Positions 16,235 through 28,647 are shown, counted from the stretch's first letter. The stretch is DNA of 32,000 nucleotides from Horticoccus luteus (GCF_019464535.1 NZ_CP080507.1:3240001-3272000), one strand, 5' to 3'. Program-made: numbers and translations. Notes: generated by a model not told the origin, from the sequence alone.

Positions 16235-17236
16235 ATGGCCACCCCTCCTCTCCCCGGGAACGCATCCCCCGCTACTGATGGTCGCAACGCCCGCGGCGAA
16301 TGGCGTCCGTCCTACCCCATCCGCTACGCCCCGGTTTTCGCGTGGCCGATGCGCGCCGCGCCCTTGCTCAAATGGCTCTTCGGCTGGCCCGGCTTCCTCT
16401 GGCCGGTCAATCTCTCGCTGCTGCTGATCTCCACCGCGTCGTGGTATTTCACCCAGCCGGCACTCACCCGCTGCCTCCACTTCGAATTCGGCTGGATTGC
16501 CCAAATCTGGCTGCGCAACCAGATCATGATGTGGCTCTACTACGGCGCGTTTCACTACTGGCTCTACATTCGCAAGGGCGAGGGGTTGAACAAAAAATAC
16601 GACGCCCATTGGCCGGCAAAAAACAGCCGGCTCTTCCTGTTTCGCGATCAAATTTACGACAACGTTTTCTGGACCGCCGGCGTCGCCGGGCTCATCTGGA
16701 CGGGCTACGAGGTGCTCACGATGTGGCTCTACGCCAACGGCCACATCCCGTGGCTGGAATGGGCGCGCCACCCGGTGGGGTTTGTCGCGTGGTTCCTCGT
16801 GATCCCCTTCTGGCGCGAGTTTCACTTTTACTGGGTACACCGCCTCATCCACTGGAAGCCGCTCTACAAACGCGTGCATTACCTGCACCACAAAAACAGC
16901 AATCCCAACGCCTGGTCCGGCATGGCCATGCATCCGGTGGAGACGATCCTCTATCTTAGCGTCTGCTGCATCCACTGGATCGTGCCCTCGCATCCGCTTC
17001 ACTTCCTCTTCGATCTTCAGCACGCCGCGCTCGCGCCCGCCAACGGTCACCACGGCTACGAAGGCCCGATCGTGCACGAGAAGGTGCCCACCGGTTCGTA
17101 TTTTCACTACCTGCACCACCGCTACTTCGAGTGTAATTATGGCGAAAGCACCATCCCGCTCGACCGCTGGTTCGGGACGTTCCGCGATGGCCTGCCCACC
17201 GGCGAAGGCGCGAAACTTCCCGGCGAACACCGTTAA
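16235..17236 (+). CDS. Fatty acid hydroxylase / sterol desaturase superfamily membrane protein
   Basis: ATG at 16235 within ORF 16199..17236. Several TM segments. Histidine boxes HRLIHW, HYLHHKN and HYLHHRYFE. Confidence 0.8.
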   Translation: MATPPLPGNASPATDGRNARGEWRPSYPIRYAPVFAWPMRAAPLLKWLFGWPGFLWPVNLSLLLISTASWYFTQPALTRCLHFEFGWIAQIWLRNQIMMWLYYGAFHYWLYIRKGEGLNKKYDAHWPAKNSRLFLFRDQIYDNVFWTAGVAGLIWTGYEVLTMWLYANGHIPWLEWARHPVGFVAWFLVIPFWREFHFYWVHRLIHWKPLYKRVHYLHHKNSNPNAWSGMAMHPVETILYLSVCCIHWIVPSHPLHFLFDLQHAALAPANGHHGYEGPIVHEKVPTGSYFHYLHHRYFECNYGESTIPLDRWFGTFRDGLPTGEGAKLPGEHR

Positions 17237-17300
17237 CGTGCGCCGTTCGGCCGGCCGCTCCTCCGCCCGCTCATCGGCGGACAACCGTTGAACGCCGCGG

Positions 17301-18659
17301 CTACGGCTGGCGCTTGCGCTCTGCCTTCAAATCCCGCCAACGCGCGAGTCGGTCGGCGATTTTCGCCTCCCAACCGACCGGCTTCGGCGAGTAAATCGCC
17401 ACCGGTTTCTCCAGATAATCATCCCCGGAAATATTTTCCGGAAAATCGTGCGAATAGTTGTAGCCGACGCCCTGCCCGGCCCGCTTGTTCGCCTCGCCGG
17501 TTTTGCTCCGCAACGCCGCCGGGATCGTCTGCACCGGCTGCTCTTTTAACACCCGGTGCGCTTCCGCCAGCGCCAGCGTCGCCGAATTGCTCTTCGGCGC
17601 CGTCGCGATGTAGAGCGTGGCGTGGGCCAGCGTCAGCTCGGCTTCCGGCAACCCGATGAAATCGCAGGCGTGATGCGCGGCGACCGTGAGCGGCAACGCC
17701 TGCGGATCGGCGAGCCCCACGTCCTCGCTCGCCAGAATCACGAGGCGCCGCGCGATGAAGCGCGGGTCCTCGCCTCCCGCCAGCATCTTTGCCAGCCAAT
17801 ACATCGCCGCATCCGGATCGCTGCCACGGCAGCTCTTGATGAACGCCGAGATCGTGTCGTAGTGCTCGTCTTCGTCGGCGTCGTAGCGGATGCGCCGCTC
17901 CCGCGCGAACACTTCGAGATCGGCCGCCGTCAGCGCAGTGTTTTCCGCCAGACCGAGCACGATCACTTCGAGCGCGTTGAGGGCGCGCCGCAGATCGCCA
18001 TCACACAACACCGCGAGTTGGTTGAGCAACTTCTCGTCCGCCGTGACGCCGCGCGCACCGAGGCCGCGCGGCACATCCGCCAAGGCCCGCGCCAGCACCC
18101 CCGCAATCGCCGCCGGGCTGAGCGGCTCAAGACGAAACAAATGGCTGCGCGAGAGCAGCGGCGGATTGACGTAGAAACCGGGATTGTGCGTCGTCGCGCC
18201 GATCAACCGCACCGTGCCCGCCTCGACATCGGGCAACAGCAGATCCTGCTGCGATTTATTGAAGCGGTGCAGCTCATCGATGAAGAGGATCGTCGCCGCT
18301 TCCGGTCGCATCCGCGCCGTCGCTAGAATCTGGCGCAACTCGGCGACGTTGGACATCACGGCGTTGATCCGCACGAACCGGCTGCCGGTCTCGTGGGCGA
18401 TGGCCTCCGCGATACTCGTCTTCCCGCAGCCCGGCGGACCGTAGAAAATCAGCGAACCGAAACGATTTTGCGCGACCAGCCGCGGCAGCAAACTCCCGGC
18501 CCGCAAAATATGATCCTGGCCCACCACTTCGCTCAACCGCCGCGGCCGCATCCGCGCGGCGAGCGGCGCCGTGGCGGGCGGCGGCGGCGCTTCGCGCGCC
18601 GCGAGATCGTCGCGCAGCGGCTCGGCGCCAAAGAAATCAGGTTGATCGGCCGAAGGCAT
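17301..18659 (-). CDS. rarA: Replication-associated recombination protein A (AAA+ ATPase)
   Basis: 452 aa. Walker A GPPGCGKTSIA, Walker B ILFIDELHRFNK, GATTHNP, and a MgsA_C-like C-terminus (HYDTISAFIKSCRGSDPDAAMYWLAKML, YNYSHDFP). Confidence 0.9.
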   Translation of the reverse strand: MPSADQPDFFGAEPLRDDLAAREAPPPPATAPLAARMRPRRLSEVVGQDHILRAGSLLPRLVAQNRFGSLIFYGPPGCGKTSIAEAIAHETGSRFVRINAVMSNVAELRQILATARMRPEAATILFIDELHRFNKSQQDLLLPDVEAGTVRLIGATTHNPGFYVNPPLLSRSHLFRLEPLSPAAIAGVLARALADVPRGLGARGVTADEKLLNQLAVLCDGDLRRALNALEVIVLGLAENTALTAADLEVFARERRIRYDADEDEHYDTISAFIKSCRGSDPDAAMYWLAKMLAGGEDPRFIARRLVILASEDVGLADPQALPLTVAAHHACDFIGLPEAELTLAHATLYIATAPKSNSATLALAEAHRVLKEQPVQTIPAALRSKTGEANKRAGQGVGYNYSHDFPENISGDDYLEKPVAIYSPKPVGWEAKIADRLARWRDLKAERKRQP

Positions 18660-18744
18660 GTCTGGCCCTAGTAATGCACACGAAATCCGCCGAAGTAAAA
18701 GCCCGGACAGAATAGTGTTCAGTCGCCGTCGTTAGTCGTTTGTA

Positions 18745-20745
<2,001 letters not shown>

Positions 20746-20769
20746 GCGCACCGCGGCGCGCGAACGAAA

Positions 20770-21585
20770 TCACGCCGCCGTCTGCGCGGAACTTGGCGCC
20801 ACGGTCTCGGCTCCTTGCTCGGCGAGAATGAAATCGGCGACCAAGGCGTGATGGTCGGAGGTCGGCGTCGGCTCGACGCGGCAGTCCGTGCATTGCAGGC
20901 CCGCATTGAAGAAAATGTGGTCGAGCACGTAGGGCCGGCGGCGCCAGGTGATTTCGGTCTGCTGCGCCGTGGAGAATCCGCACGCGCCAAACTGCGCGAT
21001 CAGCGCGGCATGGTTGCTCGCGTTGAAGTCCCCGGCCAGCAGGGTCGGTCCGTTTTGCGCGCGCAGGAGCTCAGCGACCCGTTCGCGCTGCTGCGGGTAA
21101 CGCGCGCCGCTGGTTTTGAGCATGAAGAACGCCAGCAGGTGCGTGTTGAGCAGCGTGATCTCGCGCCCTTCGACGACGGTGCGAGCACCGATCAGCACGC
21201 GATCCGTGGGCGTTTTAGCTTCGCCGAAAAAATCAAACGAGATCGGGGGCGACGGCAGGTCTTCGCGAAAAGTGTCGCGCAGCGGCGTGCGGGAAAAAAT
21301 CGCGAGTCCGAGGCCGAACGGCAGTTCGCGCGGATCGGCGCGCGGGTAGCTAAAGCAACTGTCGTAGCCCGGCAGGGCTGCGCACAGCCGGGTGTAATTG
21401 GGCGGAGGCTCAACCTGCCGGCCGCCCGTTTGGGCTTGCTCCACTTCCTGCAGAAAAACGACGTCCGCCTCATGCCGGCGGATTTCGGCGATCGTGGCGT
21501 CCAAATCAACGGGGGCCTGATCCGGATGCGCCTCATCCCACCCTTGGCCAAACTGCATGTTAAACTGGAGAACGCGGAGCGGCAT
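20770..21585 (-). CDS. Endonuclease/exonuclease/phosphatase (EEP) family protein
   Basis: 271 aa. EEP motifs VVFLQEV, LLNTHL, LLAGDFN, LDHIF and TSDHHALVADF. Confidence 0.8.
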   Translation of the reverse strand: MPLRVLQFNMQFGQGWDEAHPDQAPVDLDATIAEIRRHEADVVFLQEVEQAQTGGRQVEPPPNYTRLCAALPGYDSCFSYPRADPRELPFGLGLAIFSRTPLRDTFREDLPSPPISFDFFGEAKTPTDRVLIGARTVVEGREITLLNTHLLAFFMLKTSGARYPQQRERVAELLRAQNGPTLLAGDFNASNHAALIAQFGACGFSTAQQTEITWRRRPYVLDHIFFNAGLQCTDCRVEPTPTSDHHALVADFILAEQGAETVAPSSAQTAA

Positions 21586-21594
21586 GCGGAAAAA

Positions 21595-22149
21595 TCACTG
21601 GGGCGCCGCACCCGCGACCGGGGCGGCCGCGGGTTTCGTCACGGTGCGAGAGTTCGCTTCAGCGTGATCAGAATCGGCGGAGAAGCGGTTGAGCGGCACG
21701 TTCGGCGTCCGTTCGATCTTTGGCTGGCCGGGTGCGTGCACGGGCACCGCCTGCGCGACGCCGGATTGATAACGCTCGGCGATGCGCGGCTCGGTCACCT
21801 GCGTGGCCTGCGGCAGGTTTGTTTTCCGGTGATTCCACGCGTTCATCGTCGCCGGTTCGGCCGTAACGCGAAACACATCCCACCGCACGGGGCCGGCGGC
21901 CGACGTTATTGTGACGTGCCGAAATGAGGGGCCTTCACTCGCCTTCGTGACGTCCGGGACGATACGGGGAGGCACCGCATGAAGAATCTTCCCCGGCGTG
22001 GCGGCGCGCGGCTTTTCAGTGGTGATCATCACGCCGCCGCCCGGCTGAAACCGTTCGTTGCGTGCGGAAAAATCGGTCGACGCGCGCGCCGATAAAGCTC
22101 CGCCGAGCAACACGGCAACAACGGCGGGGGTGAAGCTGGCTAACCGCAT
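21595..22149 (-). CDS. Hypothetical exported protein
   Basis: ATG at 22149 gives signal peptide MRLASFTPAVVAVLLGGALSARA. The rest is low complexity and Pro/Ala/Thr-rich. Its stop lies 9 nt before the EEP gene start. Confidence 0.45.
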   Translation of the reverse strand: MRLASFTPAVVAVLLGGALSARASTDFSARNERFQPGGGVMITTEKPRAATPGKILHAVPPRIVPDVTKASEGPSFRHVTITSAAGPVRWDVFRVTAEPATMNAWNHRKTNLPQATQVTEPRIAERYQSGVAQAVPVHAPGQPKIERTPNVPLNRFSADSDHAEANSRTVTKPAAAPVAGAAPQ

Positions 22150-22213
22150 GATGGGGGCGCCAAGGTGTTGCGCCAACCGCGCCCTGGCGGCAAACCCAAT
22201 TTATAGGGCAAAT

Positions 22214-23560
22214 CTACTCCGGCTCGGCCGTGCCCTCGACAACCCACTGTTTCGCGTCGGGGACTTGCTTGAAAAACTCCCGCAAGGCAGCGCTCAGGTG
22301 GTCCGCATAGCGGAAATGAGCGCCGACTCCCGTGCGCAGCTCCGCTTCGTAGATAAACTTGTCCGCATGCGTGCTATGCTCGAACGGCGTCTGCGCGCCG
22401 AGGAGCAACGAATAAACATAGGCCGGAGAGCGGCGCTCGAGCAGGGCGCGCGTGAGATCCGCTTGCGCTGCGAGCAAGTCGGTGTGCGCTGCGCGGTCGA
22501 TCTCAGGCGGCAGATAGAATCCCGCCTGGATGAGCGGCGTATAGCGATGTCCGGTCCGATGGCGGTTGAGATCGCGCAGTTCGGCCAGCGCCATGTTATT
22601 CCACGCAAACGTCACGCGCATGCGACGCGTCGCGGTGCCCTGATAGGCGTAGCGGTTCGCGCGCGCCTGCAGTGCGCCGGCAACCGACTGCCGTTCCGGC
22701 AACCACGGCGGGGTCGCCCGGTCCACTTGCACCCAAACGTCGTCGTAAAGCGGATCTGCGGAGAGTCGGTCGAGCCCAAGGGCGCAACTGGCCGCAAGCT
22801 CCTGAGCGGCTTGTTGCTGAAACGACGCCTCGGGACCGCTGTGCCGCATCAGGCGCGGCGATTGTTTCAAGAGCACTTCCCGCAACAGGTTGGCCGCGGC
22901 CTGCGCCTCGGGGTGCGGGAGCGAGGCAAGATGTTTCACCGTCTGCGCCCACATGCGCGACGACTGCACGAGGCCGACATTCGTTCGCGTGGCGAGCGGG
23001 ATGAAGTAACGCGCGCGATCGAGCGCGTAATTCTTGCGGAGCCGCGCGACGACCGCAGGTTTGGCGCCAGCCGGCAGCCGCACGCGGTCCGGCTCCGCGG
23101 TTGCGAGCGCATCGAGCCGCGCATATTCGGCATGATAGGCGGCGAAGGCGCGCGTCAGCACGTCGTGCCAGCGGGGCGCGAGGTCAGCCGGGATGCCGAG
23201 CTCATCGGCCGTGGGCACGTTGGCCGCATCCATGGTGATGTAGCGCGTGCTCGACTCCTGCCCGTCGGCCATCTGGGCGATTTCGAAGAGTTTATACGCG
23301 AGCCACATCGACACTCCGTCGAGCGCGATCGCCAGTCCGCCCGTCAACCCCCCGATCGAGGCGTGCCCATAATCGACGAATTTGAGGATGCGATCGATCG
23401 AGGCCTCGGGATTGGCGACGTCGACCTTCTCCAAGATGGCGGCGATGCCTTCGTTGCTGCGCGAGTAACGCGCGAGCACGGAGGCCAGCAATTCCGGCGT
23501 GACTTTCGGCAAATCCGCCGCGGTGGGCGGCGGCACAAGGGCGAGACCGGTGACTTTCAT
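22214..23560 (-). CDS. thyX: Long, tandem-fold ThyX-like (flavin-dependent thymidylate synthase family) protein
   Basis: 448 aa, about twice canonical ThyX. The N half has ARYSRS, FVDYGHASI and QESSTRY (the S.RY part of the ThyX motif) but no RHR. The C half has LRDLNRHRTGHRY (RHR) and FEHSTHADKFIYEAELRTGVGAHFRY. Confidence 0.65.
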   Translation of the reverse strand: MKVTGLALVPPPTAADLPKVTPELLASVLARYSRSNEGIAAILEKVDVANPEASIDRILKFVDYGHASIGGLTGGLAIALDGVSMWLAYKLFEIAQMADGQESSTRYITMDAANVPTADELGIPADLAPRWHDVLTRAFAAYHAEYARLDALATAEPDRVRLPAGAKPAVVARLRKNYALDRARYFIPLATRTNVGLVQSSRMWAQTVKHLASLPHPEAQAAANLLREVLLKQSPRLMRHSGPEASFQQQAAQELAASCALGLDRLSADPLYDDVWVQVDRATPPWLPERQSVAGALQARANRYAYQGTATRRMRVTFAWNNMALAELRDLNRHRTGHRYTPLIQAGFYLPPEIDRAAHTDLLAAQADLTRALLERRSPAYVYSLLLGAQTPFEHSTHADKFIYEAELRTGVGAHFRYADHLSAALREFFKQVPDAKQWVVEGTAEPE

Positions 23561-23708
23561 GCGCGGGAAAACACGAACGGTTCACCTCGCGCGGCGCGAT
23601 GCAAAAGCGCTCGGCGACCCCTACGTTTTGCGCAAGGCACCCGCGCTCTCGGGCCGAAGCACCGGATCGCTGGCAACTGCGTCTCAGCGAATCAACGCGC
23701 GATGCCGC

Positions 23709-25229
23709 TTACCGCGTCAGGAGCCAGTTGCCGAGCGGACCTTGATAAAAGCCGAGCGCGATCGTGGCGAGGGCGAGAAGGACAAGCAGCACCGCCGCGA
23801 GCGGGCCGACCGGCGTGCGCGCGGGCCGGGGATCAGGTTCGCCTTCCGGCAACGGCGCGCGCCATGAGTCGAAGTAAGCGGCTTTAATCCATCCGAAATA
23901 ATAGTAGATCGAAACCACCACACTTGCGATGGCGACTGCCAGCAGCACGTAGAGTCCGGCTTGGAACGCGCTCACGAAAATGAAGAGCTTGCCCATGAAG
24001 CCGGCCAGCGGAGGAATGCCCGCCAGCGAGCCGAGGCCCACGGCAAGCACGCCGGCCAGCAGCGGACTCTCCTTCGCGAGGCCGCTGTAATGGTCGAGTT
24101 CCTGATCCGTGTCGTCGGCACCTGCGAGATGAGCCATCACCCCGAACACGGCGAAGGACGCGAGCAGGTAGACAAAAAGATAAAAGTAGATCGCCCCGAG
24201 TGCGAGCGGCACGGTGACCGAGGCCACCACGCCCATCAGGAGGAAACCCGCGTGGGCCACGCCCGACAGACCGATGAGGCGTTTCACGTTGTGCTGCGTG
24301 AGCGCCGCGAGATTGCCGAAAATCAACGTGGCGACCGCCATGGCCGAGAGCACCGGCACCGTAAACGAAACGTAAGGCGCGAACGCCACGTGCACGAGGG
24401 CCAGCAAAATGCCGAAGCCCGCGGCTTTCGAGCCGATCGCCAGCAACGCCGTGATGGGCGTCGGCGCACCTTGATACACATCCGGAATCCAGATCTGGAA
24501 CGGAAACGCCCCGATCTTGAAAGCAATGCCCGAGAGCACGAGGACGATGCCGATCTTCGCCAGGAGATTGTCGGGATTCGCCGCGAGAAAGTCGCGCAGC
24601 GCGTCAAACTGCATCGCGTTCGCCGTGTGGGCGGGCAACGCCGGGTTACCCGCGACGCCGTAGAGCAGCACGATGCCGAAAAGCAGCAGGCCCGAACTGA
24701 GCGCACCCATGATCAGGTATTTCAACCCGGCTTCCAACGAGAGCGGGTTGGTGCGGAAATAACTGACGAGAATGTAGAAGCCGACCGTGATCGTCTCCAG
24801 CGCCACGAACAACATCACGAAATGATTGCTCTGCACCAGCAGCATCATCGCCGCCGAGACGACCATCACGATGTGGTAGAATTCGACGCGCGGCATTTTC
24901 TGCCGCGGCAGCACGACCGTGCCGAGCCAGCAGACGAGGATCGAGGTCAGCAGGAAAAACACGCGCAGGAACTGGCCGTCGCGCGTGTGCCGCAGCAGGC
25001 CGCCAAACGTTTCCACGCCCACGAAGCCCGAGTGGAAATTGATGAGCAGGCCGGCGAGCAGGATGAGCTGGCCGATAATGGCGGCGCCGGGGATGAGCCG
25101 GTGCTGCGTTTTCGGCAGCACGATTTCCAACACCAGCAAAACGAGCGCAAGACAGCCCAGCGCCACTTCCGGAAAGATCGCCCACCACTGATTCGCGTCA
25201 GCGGCGGCCTTGAGGAGGTCGAGATTCAT
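23709..25229 (-). CDS. nuoN: NADH-quinone oxidoreductase subunit N
   Basis: ATG at 25229 (MNLDLLKAAADANQWW...). About 14 TM, an antiporter-like subunit, last gene of the nuo run. Confidence 0.9.
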   Translation of the reverse strand: MNLDLLKAAADANQWWAIFPEVALGCLALVLLVLEIVLPKTQHRLIPGAAIIGQLILLAGLLINFHSGFVGVETFGGLLRHTRDGQFLRVFFLLTSILVCWLGTVVLPRQKMPRVEFYHIVMVVSAAMMLLVQSNHFVMLFVALETITVGFYILVSYFRTNPLSLEAGLKYLIMGALSSGLLLFGIVLLYGVAGNPALPAHTANAMQFDALRDFLAANPDNLLAKIGIVLVLSGIAFKIGAFPFQIWIPDVYQGAPTPITALLAIGSKAAGFGILLALVHVAFAPYVSFTVPVLSAMAVATLIFGNLAALTQHNVKRLIGLSGVAHAGFLLMGVVASVTVPLALGAIYFYLFVYLLASFAVFGVMAHLAGADDTDQELDHYSGLAKESPLLAGVLAVGLGSLAGIPPLAGFMGKLFIFVSAFQAGLYVLLAVAIASVVVSIYYYFGWIKAAYFDSWRAPLPEGEPDPRPARTPVGPLAAVLLVLLALATIALGFYQGPLGNWLLTR

Positions 25230-25242
25230 GACGGCGCTAAAG

Positions 25243-26757
25243 TTACTTGGTGGCGGCGGGCGCGACCGGTTGAGCCGCAAGCGCGGCGTTGAGCGGAGTC
25301 GAAATCGACCGCGGCCAGAAACCGACGAACAGCAACGCCGCGAGCAGGATCAGCGCCGGGATTTTCTCGCTCCAACGCAGATCAGCCGGCGGGTGATCGG
25401 CCATGACTTTGGTAAACGGTTCCGTCGGCGGGCCGAAGAACACACTGGCCGCGGCGCGCAGGCCGTAAACCGCGGAGATAATGATGCCCGCCACCGCCAC
25501 GGCGGTGAAAGCTGCGGAGAATTTCCACAGCGCGACGAAGATCGTAAACTCGCCCCAGAAGTTGGCGAATCCCGGCAAACCGATGCTCGCGAAGGTCGCC
25601 GCGACAAAGAACGCGGCGAGCACCGGCGCCTTTTGCGCGAGACCACCCATCTCGCTCATATCGAATGTGTGGGTGCGGTGGTAAACGCTCGTCGATAACA
25701 GGAACAACAGCGCGACCGACAGGCCGTGCGCCACCATCAGCAACACGACGCCGCCACTCCCCAGCACCGAGAAACACGCGACGCCGAGAAACGCGTAACC
25801 CATGTGCATCACCGAGCTGTAACCGACCATCTGCTTGAGGTCGCGTTGCGCCATCGTGATGAACCCGACGATCAGGATGTTGCCGATGCCCGCGAGCACC
25901 GCGAGCGTGGTCGCCCACGGGGCGAGGCCCGCCGGCAGCAGCGGCAGTGCAATCTGGATAAGACCGTAGAGGCCGAACTTTTTCAGAACGCCGGCGTGGA
26001 GCATGGCCGCGGAACTGGGAGCCGCCCCGTAGCCGAGCGGCGCCCACGTATGGAGCGGCCACAGGGAGACGAGGATGCCAAAGCCAAACATCAACACGCC
26101 AAAAATGTGTTTCTGCAGCGTCACATTGAGCGGAGCCGCGGCGAGCGCCTGCCGGAGCTCAATCAAATCAAAGCTGTGGGCGCCGCTCTTGACGTAGATG
26201 GCGATCAGACCGATCAGCGAAAGCATCGCACCGAGCGTCAAATAGATCGTCATCTTCATCGCCGCATAATGACGGTCCCGCCCGCCCCACACCCCGACCA
26301 TGATGAACGTGGGAATGAGCGCCAGTTCGTGGAAGAAATAGAAGAAAAAGATATCCACGCTGGCGAAAACGCCCATGAGCCCACTCAACATCACCAGCAA
26401 GAGCACGAGGTATGTTTTGAGCCGCTCCGCCTGTGATTGGATGGCGTAAAGCCCCGCCGCAAAACCCACGATGCCCGCCAGCGCGAACAGCGGCATCGCA
26501 ATGCCGTTGAGGCCGAGGTGCAGTGAAATGCCCAGCCGCTCGAGACCGGTGGAGTAACGCGTATCGAAGGCGTAGGCGCCGCCGGCATTGGCAGGAAACC
26601 AATACCACGTGTGGAGGGCGAGCACCGCGGGCAGCCCGAAGCCCACATACGCGAGCTTGACGGCGTAGCGCTTGGGCAGGCCGAGCGCGATCACCAGCGC
26701 CACCGCGAGGGGCGCCAGAATCGCAACTAGCAAAGGATCGAACGGCAAATGGCTCAT
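25243..26757 (-). CDS. nuoM: NADH-quinone oxidoreductase subunit M
   Basis: 504 aa with NuoM-like motifs (FFHELALIPTFIMVGVWGG, HTWAPLGYGAAPSSAAMLHAGVLKKFGLYG). 13 nt upstream of nuoN. Confidence 0.9.
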   Translation of the reverse strand: MSHLPFDPLLVAILAPLAVALVIALGLPKRYAVKLAYVGFGLPAVLALHTWYWFPANAGGAYAFDTRYSTGLERLGISLHLGLNGIAMPLFALAGIVGFAAGLYAIQSQAERLKTYLVLLLVMLSGLMGVFASVDIFFFYFFHELALIPTFIMVGVWGGRDRHYAAMKMTIYLTLGAMLSLIGLIAIYVKSGAHSFDLIELRQALAAAPLNVTLQKHIFGVLMFGFGILVSLWPLHTWAPLGYGAAPSSAAMLHAGVLKKFGLYGLIQIALPLLPAGLAPWATTLAVLAGIGNILIVGFITMAQRDLKQMVGYSSVMHMGYAFLGVACFSVLGSGGVVLLMVAHGLSVALLFLLSTSVYHRTHTFDMSEMGGLAQKAPVLAAFFVAATFASIGLPGFANFWGEFTIFVALWKFSAAFTAVAVAGIIISAVYGLRAAASVFFGPPTEPFTKVMADHPPADLRWSEKIPALILLAALLFVGFWPRSISTPLNAALAAQPVAPAATK

Positions 26758-26760
26758 CGA

Positions 26761-28647
26761 TTAAAACACTCCCGCGGCATAGGCCCAGAGCAGCACCGCT
26801 CCGAGTAGAAACCAGTAAACGTAGGCATGCAGATTGCCGACATGCAGGGCGCGGGCTCCGAGGCCAAACAACCCCACCACGCCCGCGAGTCCGCGGATGA
26901 TCAAGCCGGCCAGAAAGATCTGTTCGAGGAAGTTCAGCAGCTCGGCGAACCGCTGTTGGATCTTGGCGACGTAATAGTCGTAAAGCTCGTCGATCCACAG
27001 CTTCGACGCGAGCAACGCGAACAGACCGGGCGCCTTCTTCGCCAACGCGTCCTCCGCCGCCGGTTTATAGAGCGCCCAGGCGGCCCCCACTCCCACCACC
27101 AACACGATCAAGCTCGTGATGAGAATCGTGTGCTCCGCGGCGCCTTCCGCGTGCGGAATCAGCGCGAAAACATCCTGGAAGGCATGCCCGTAGAATTTCG
27201 TGTAGCCACCCACCACCGCCAGCACGGCGAGAATAACGAGCGGAATCGTCAAAGTAAATCCGCCCTCGTGCGCATGCGCGGCGTGTTCGGTGCGCGGCGC
27301 GCCCAGAAAGACGATCCGCCACATGCGAATCATGTAAAAGGCAGTGAGGACCGCCGTGAAGGCCAGGATCGCAAAGACAGCTTTGTTGTTGGCGAACGCG
27401 AGATAGAGAATCGCGTCCTTCGAGAAGAAGCCCGCCAGCCCGGGAAACCCGATGATCGCCAGCACGCCGAGCGAAAACGTGAGGAAGGTCACTGGCATCT
27501 TCCGCATCAAGCCACCCATTTTGAAAATGTCCTGTTCGTGATGGCAGCCGTGAATGACCGAGCCGGAGCCAAGAAAGAGCAGCGCCTTGAAGAAGGCGTG
27601 CGTGGTGAGATGGAACATCGCGGCGCCGACCCCGGTGGCAACGACGGTAAACGCCATCTGTTCGACGTGCCCGCCGTCCGCATGGACGCTGATCCCGCCC
27701 AGTCCAAACGCCGCGACCATGTAGCCGAGTTGCGAGAGCGTGGAGTAAGCGAGCACCTTCTTGATGTCGTTCTGCGCAATGGCGCAAAACGCTGCGTAGA
27801 GCGCCGTGATCGTGCCGACCCACATGATCACCGTGAGCGCTTCTGGCACCATCAGCATGTTGATCCGGCACAGCATATAGATACCGGCGGCGACCATCGT
27901 GGCCGCGTGGATCAGCGCGGAAATCGGCGTTGGGCCTTCCATCGCATCGGGGAGCCAGACGTGCAGCGGCATCTGCGCAGACTTGCCGAGGGCGCCGCAA
28001 AAGAGCAGCAGCGGAATGCCCGCGCTAAAGACGAGTCCCCCGGAGGCGTGCAGGCCGGCCAGTTCGCCAAGGTCGACGGTGCCGTTCGCCCAGTAGCACC
28101 AAATGATGCCGAGCAGAAAACCGAAGTCGCCGACGCGGTTGACGATAAACGCCTTCTTCGAAGCCGCTGTCGGGGCGGCGCGTTCATACCAGTGGTTGAT
28201 GAGCAGCCAGGAGCTGAAACCCACCAGCTCCCAGAACACGAAAATCATGAACAAATTATCGGCGAGCACGATGCCCACCATCGAAAACATGAAGATCGAC
28301 AAGCCGCCAAAGAAACGGGCGCGGGCCGCGTCGTCGCGCATGTAGCCGAGCGAGAAAACGTGCACACACCAGCCCACGATCGCCACGATCGCGAGCATCA
28401 GCGCCGCCAGATCGTCGAACTTGAATCCGAATCGGAAAACGAAGTCGCCGAGGTGCAGCCACTCCATCGATCCGGTGAAACGGGCGCCGGAAAACACCAG
28501 TTGCAGCGATACGGCGGCCAGACCGGTCGCAGCGAGGACGGAGATGGCGGACGCGACCACGCCGGACCGGCGCAGAAAGAGCGCAATCACGGTGGCCGAG
28601 GCGAGCGGCAAAAGCAGAACCAAAAGGGCGAGCTGGACGGGCGTCAT
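26761..28647 (-). CDS. nuoL: NADH-quinone oxidoreductase subunit L
   Basis: 628 aa with NuoL motifs (FWELVGFSSWLLINHWY, GKSAQMPLHVWLPDAMEGPTPISALIHAATMVAAG) and a C-terminal lateral-helix region. Confidence 0.9.
   Translation of the reverse strand: MTPVQLALLVLLLPLASATVIALFLRRSGVVASAISVLAATGLAAVSLQLVFSGARFTGSMEWLHLGDFVFRFGFKFDDLAALMLAIVAIVGWCVHVFSLGYMRDDAARARFFGGLSIFMFSMVGIVLADNLFMIFVFWELVGFSSWLLINHWYERAAPTAASKKAFIVNRVGDFGFLLGIIWCYWANGTVDLGELAGLHASGGLVFSAGIPLLLFCGALGKSAQMPLHVWLPDAMEGPTPISALIHAATMVAAGIYMLCRINMLMVPEALTVIMWVGTITALYAAFCAIAQNDIKKVLAYSTLSQLGYMVAAFGLGGISVHADGGHVEQMAFTVVATGVGAAMFHLTTHAFFKALLFLGSGSVIHGCHHEQDIFKMGGLMRKMPVTFLTFSLGVLAIIGFPGLAGFFSKDAILYLAFANNKAVFAILAFTAVLTAFYMIRMWRIVFLGAPRTEHAAHAHEGGFTLTIPLVILAVLAVVGGYTKFYGHAFQDVFALIPHAEGAAEHTILITSLIVLVVGVGAAWALYKPAAEDALAKKAPGLFALLASKLWIDELYDYYVAKIQQRFAELLNFLEQIFLAGLIIRGLAGVVGLFGLGARALHVGNLHAYVYWFLLGAVLLWAYAAGVF

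Noticed and set aside
17262-17281. Hairpin tccgcc-cgctcatc-ggcgga in the convergent gap between the hydroxylase gene and rarA, as a bidirectional terminator
   Set aside because: It has only 6 bp and no flanking T or A tracts. Comparable stems arise by chance throughout this GC-rich sequence.
23561-23708. Possible tRNA or ncRNA in the 148-nt nuoN-thyX spacer, because of a T-loop-like ggttcacc
   Set aside because: No cloverleaf can be drawn, as there are no acceptor or anticodon stems. Only weak 6-bp stems are present (gcaaaa/ttttgc, tcgctg/cagcga).
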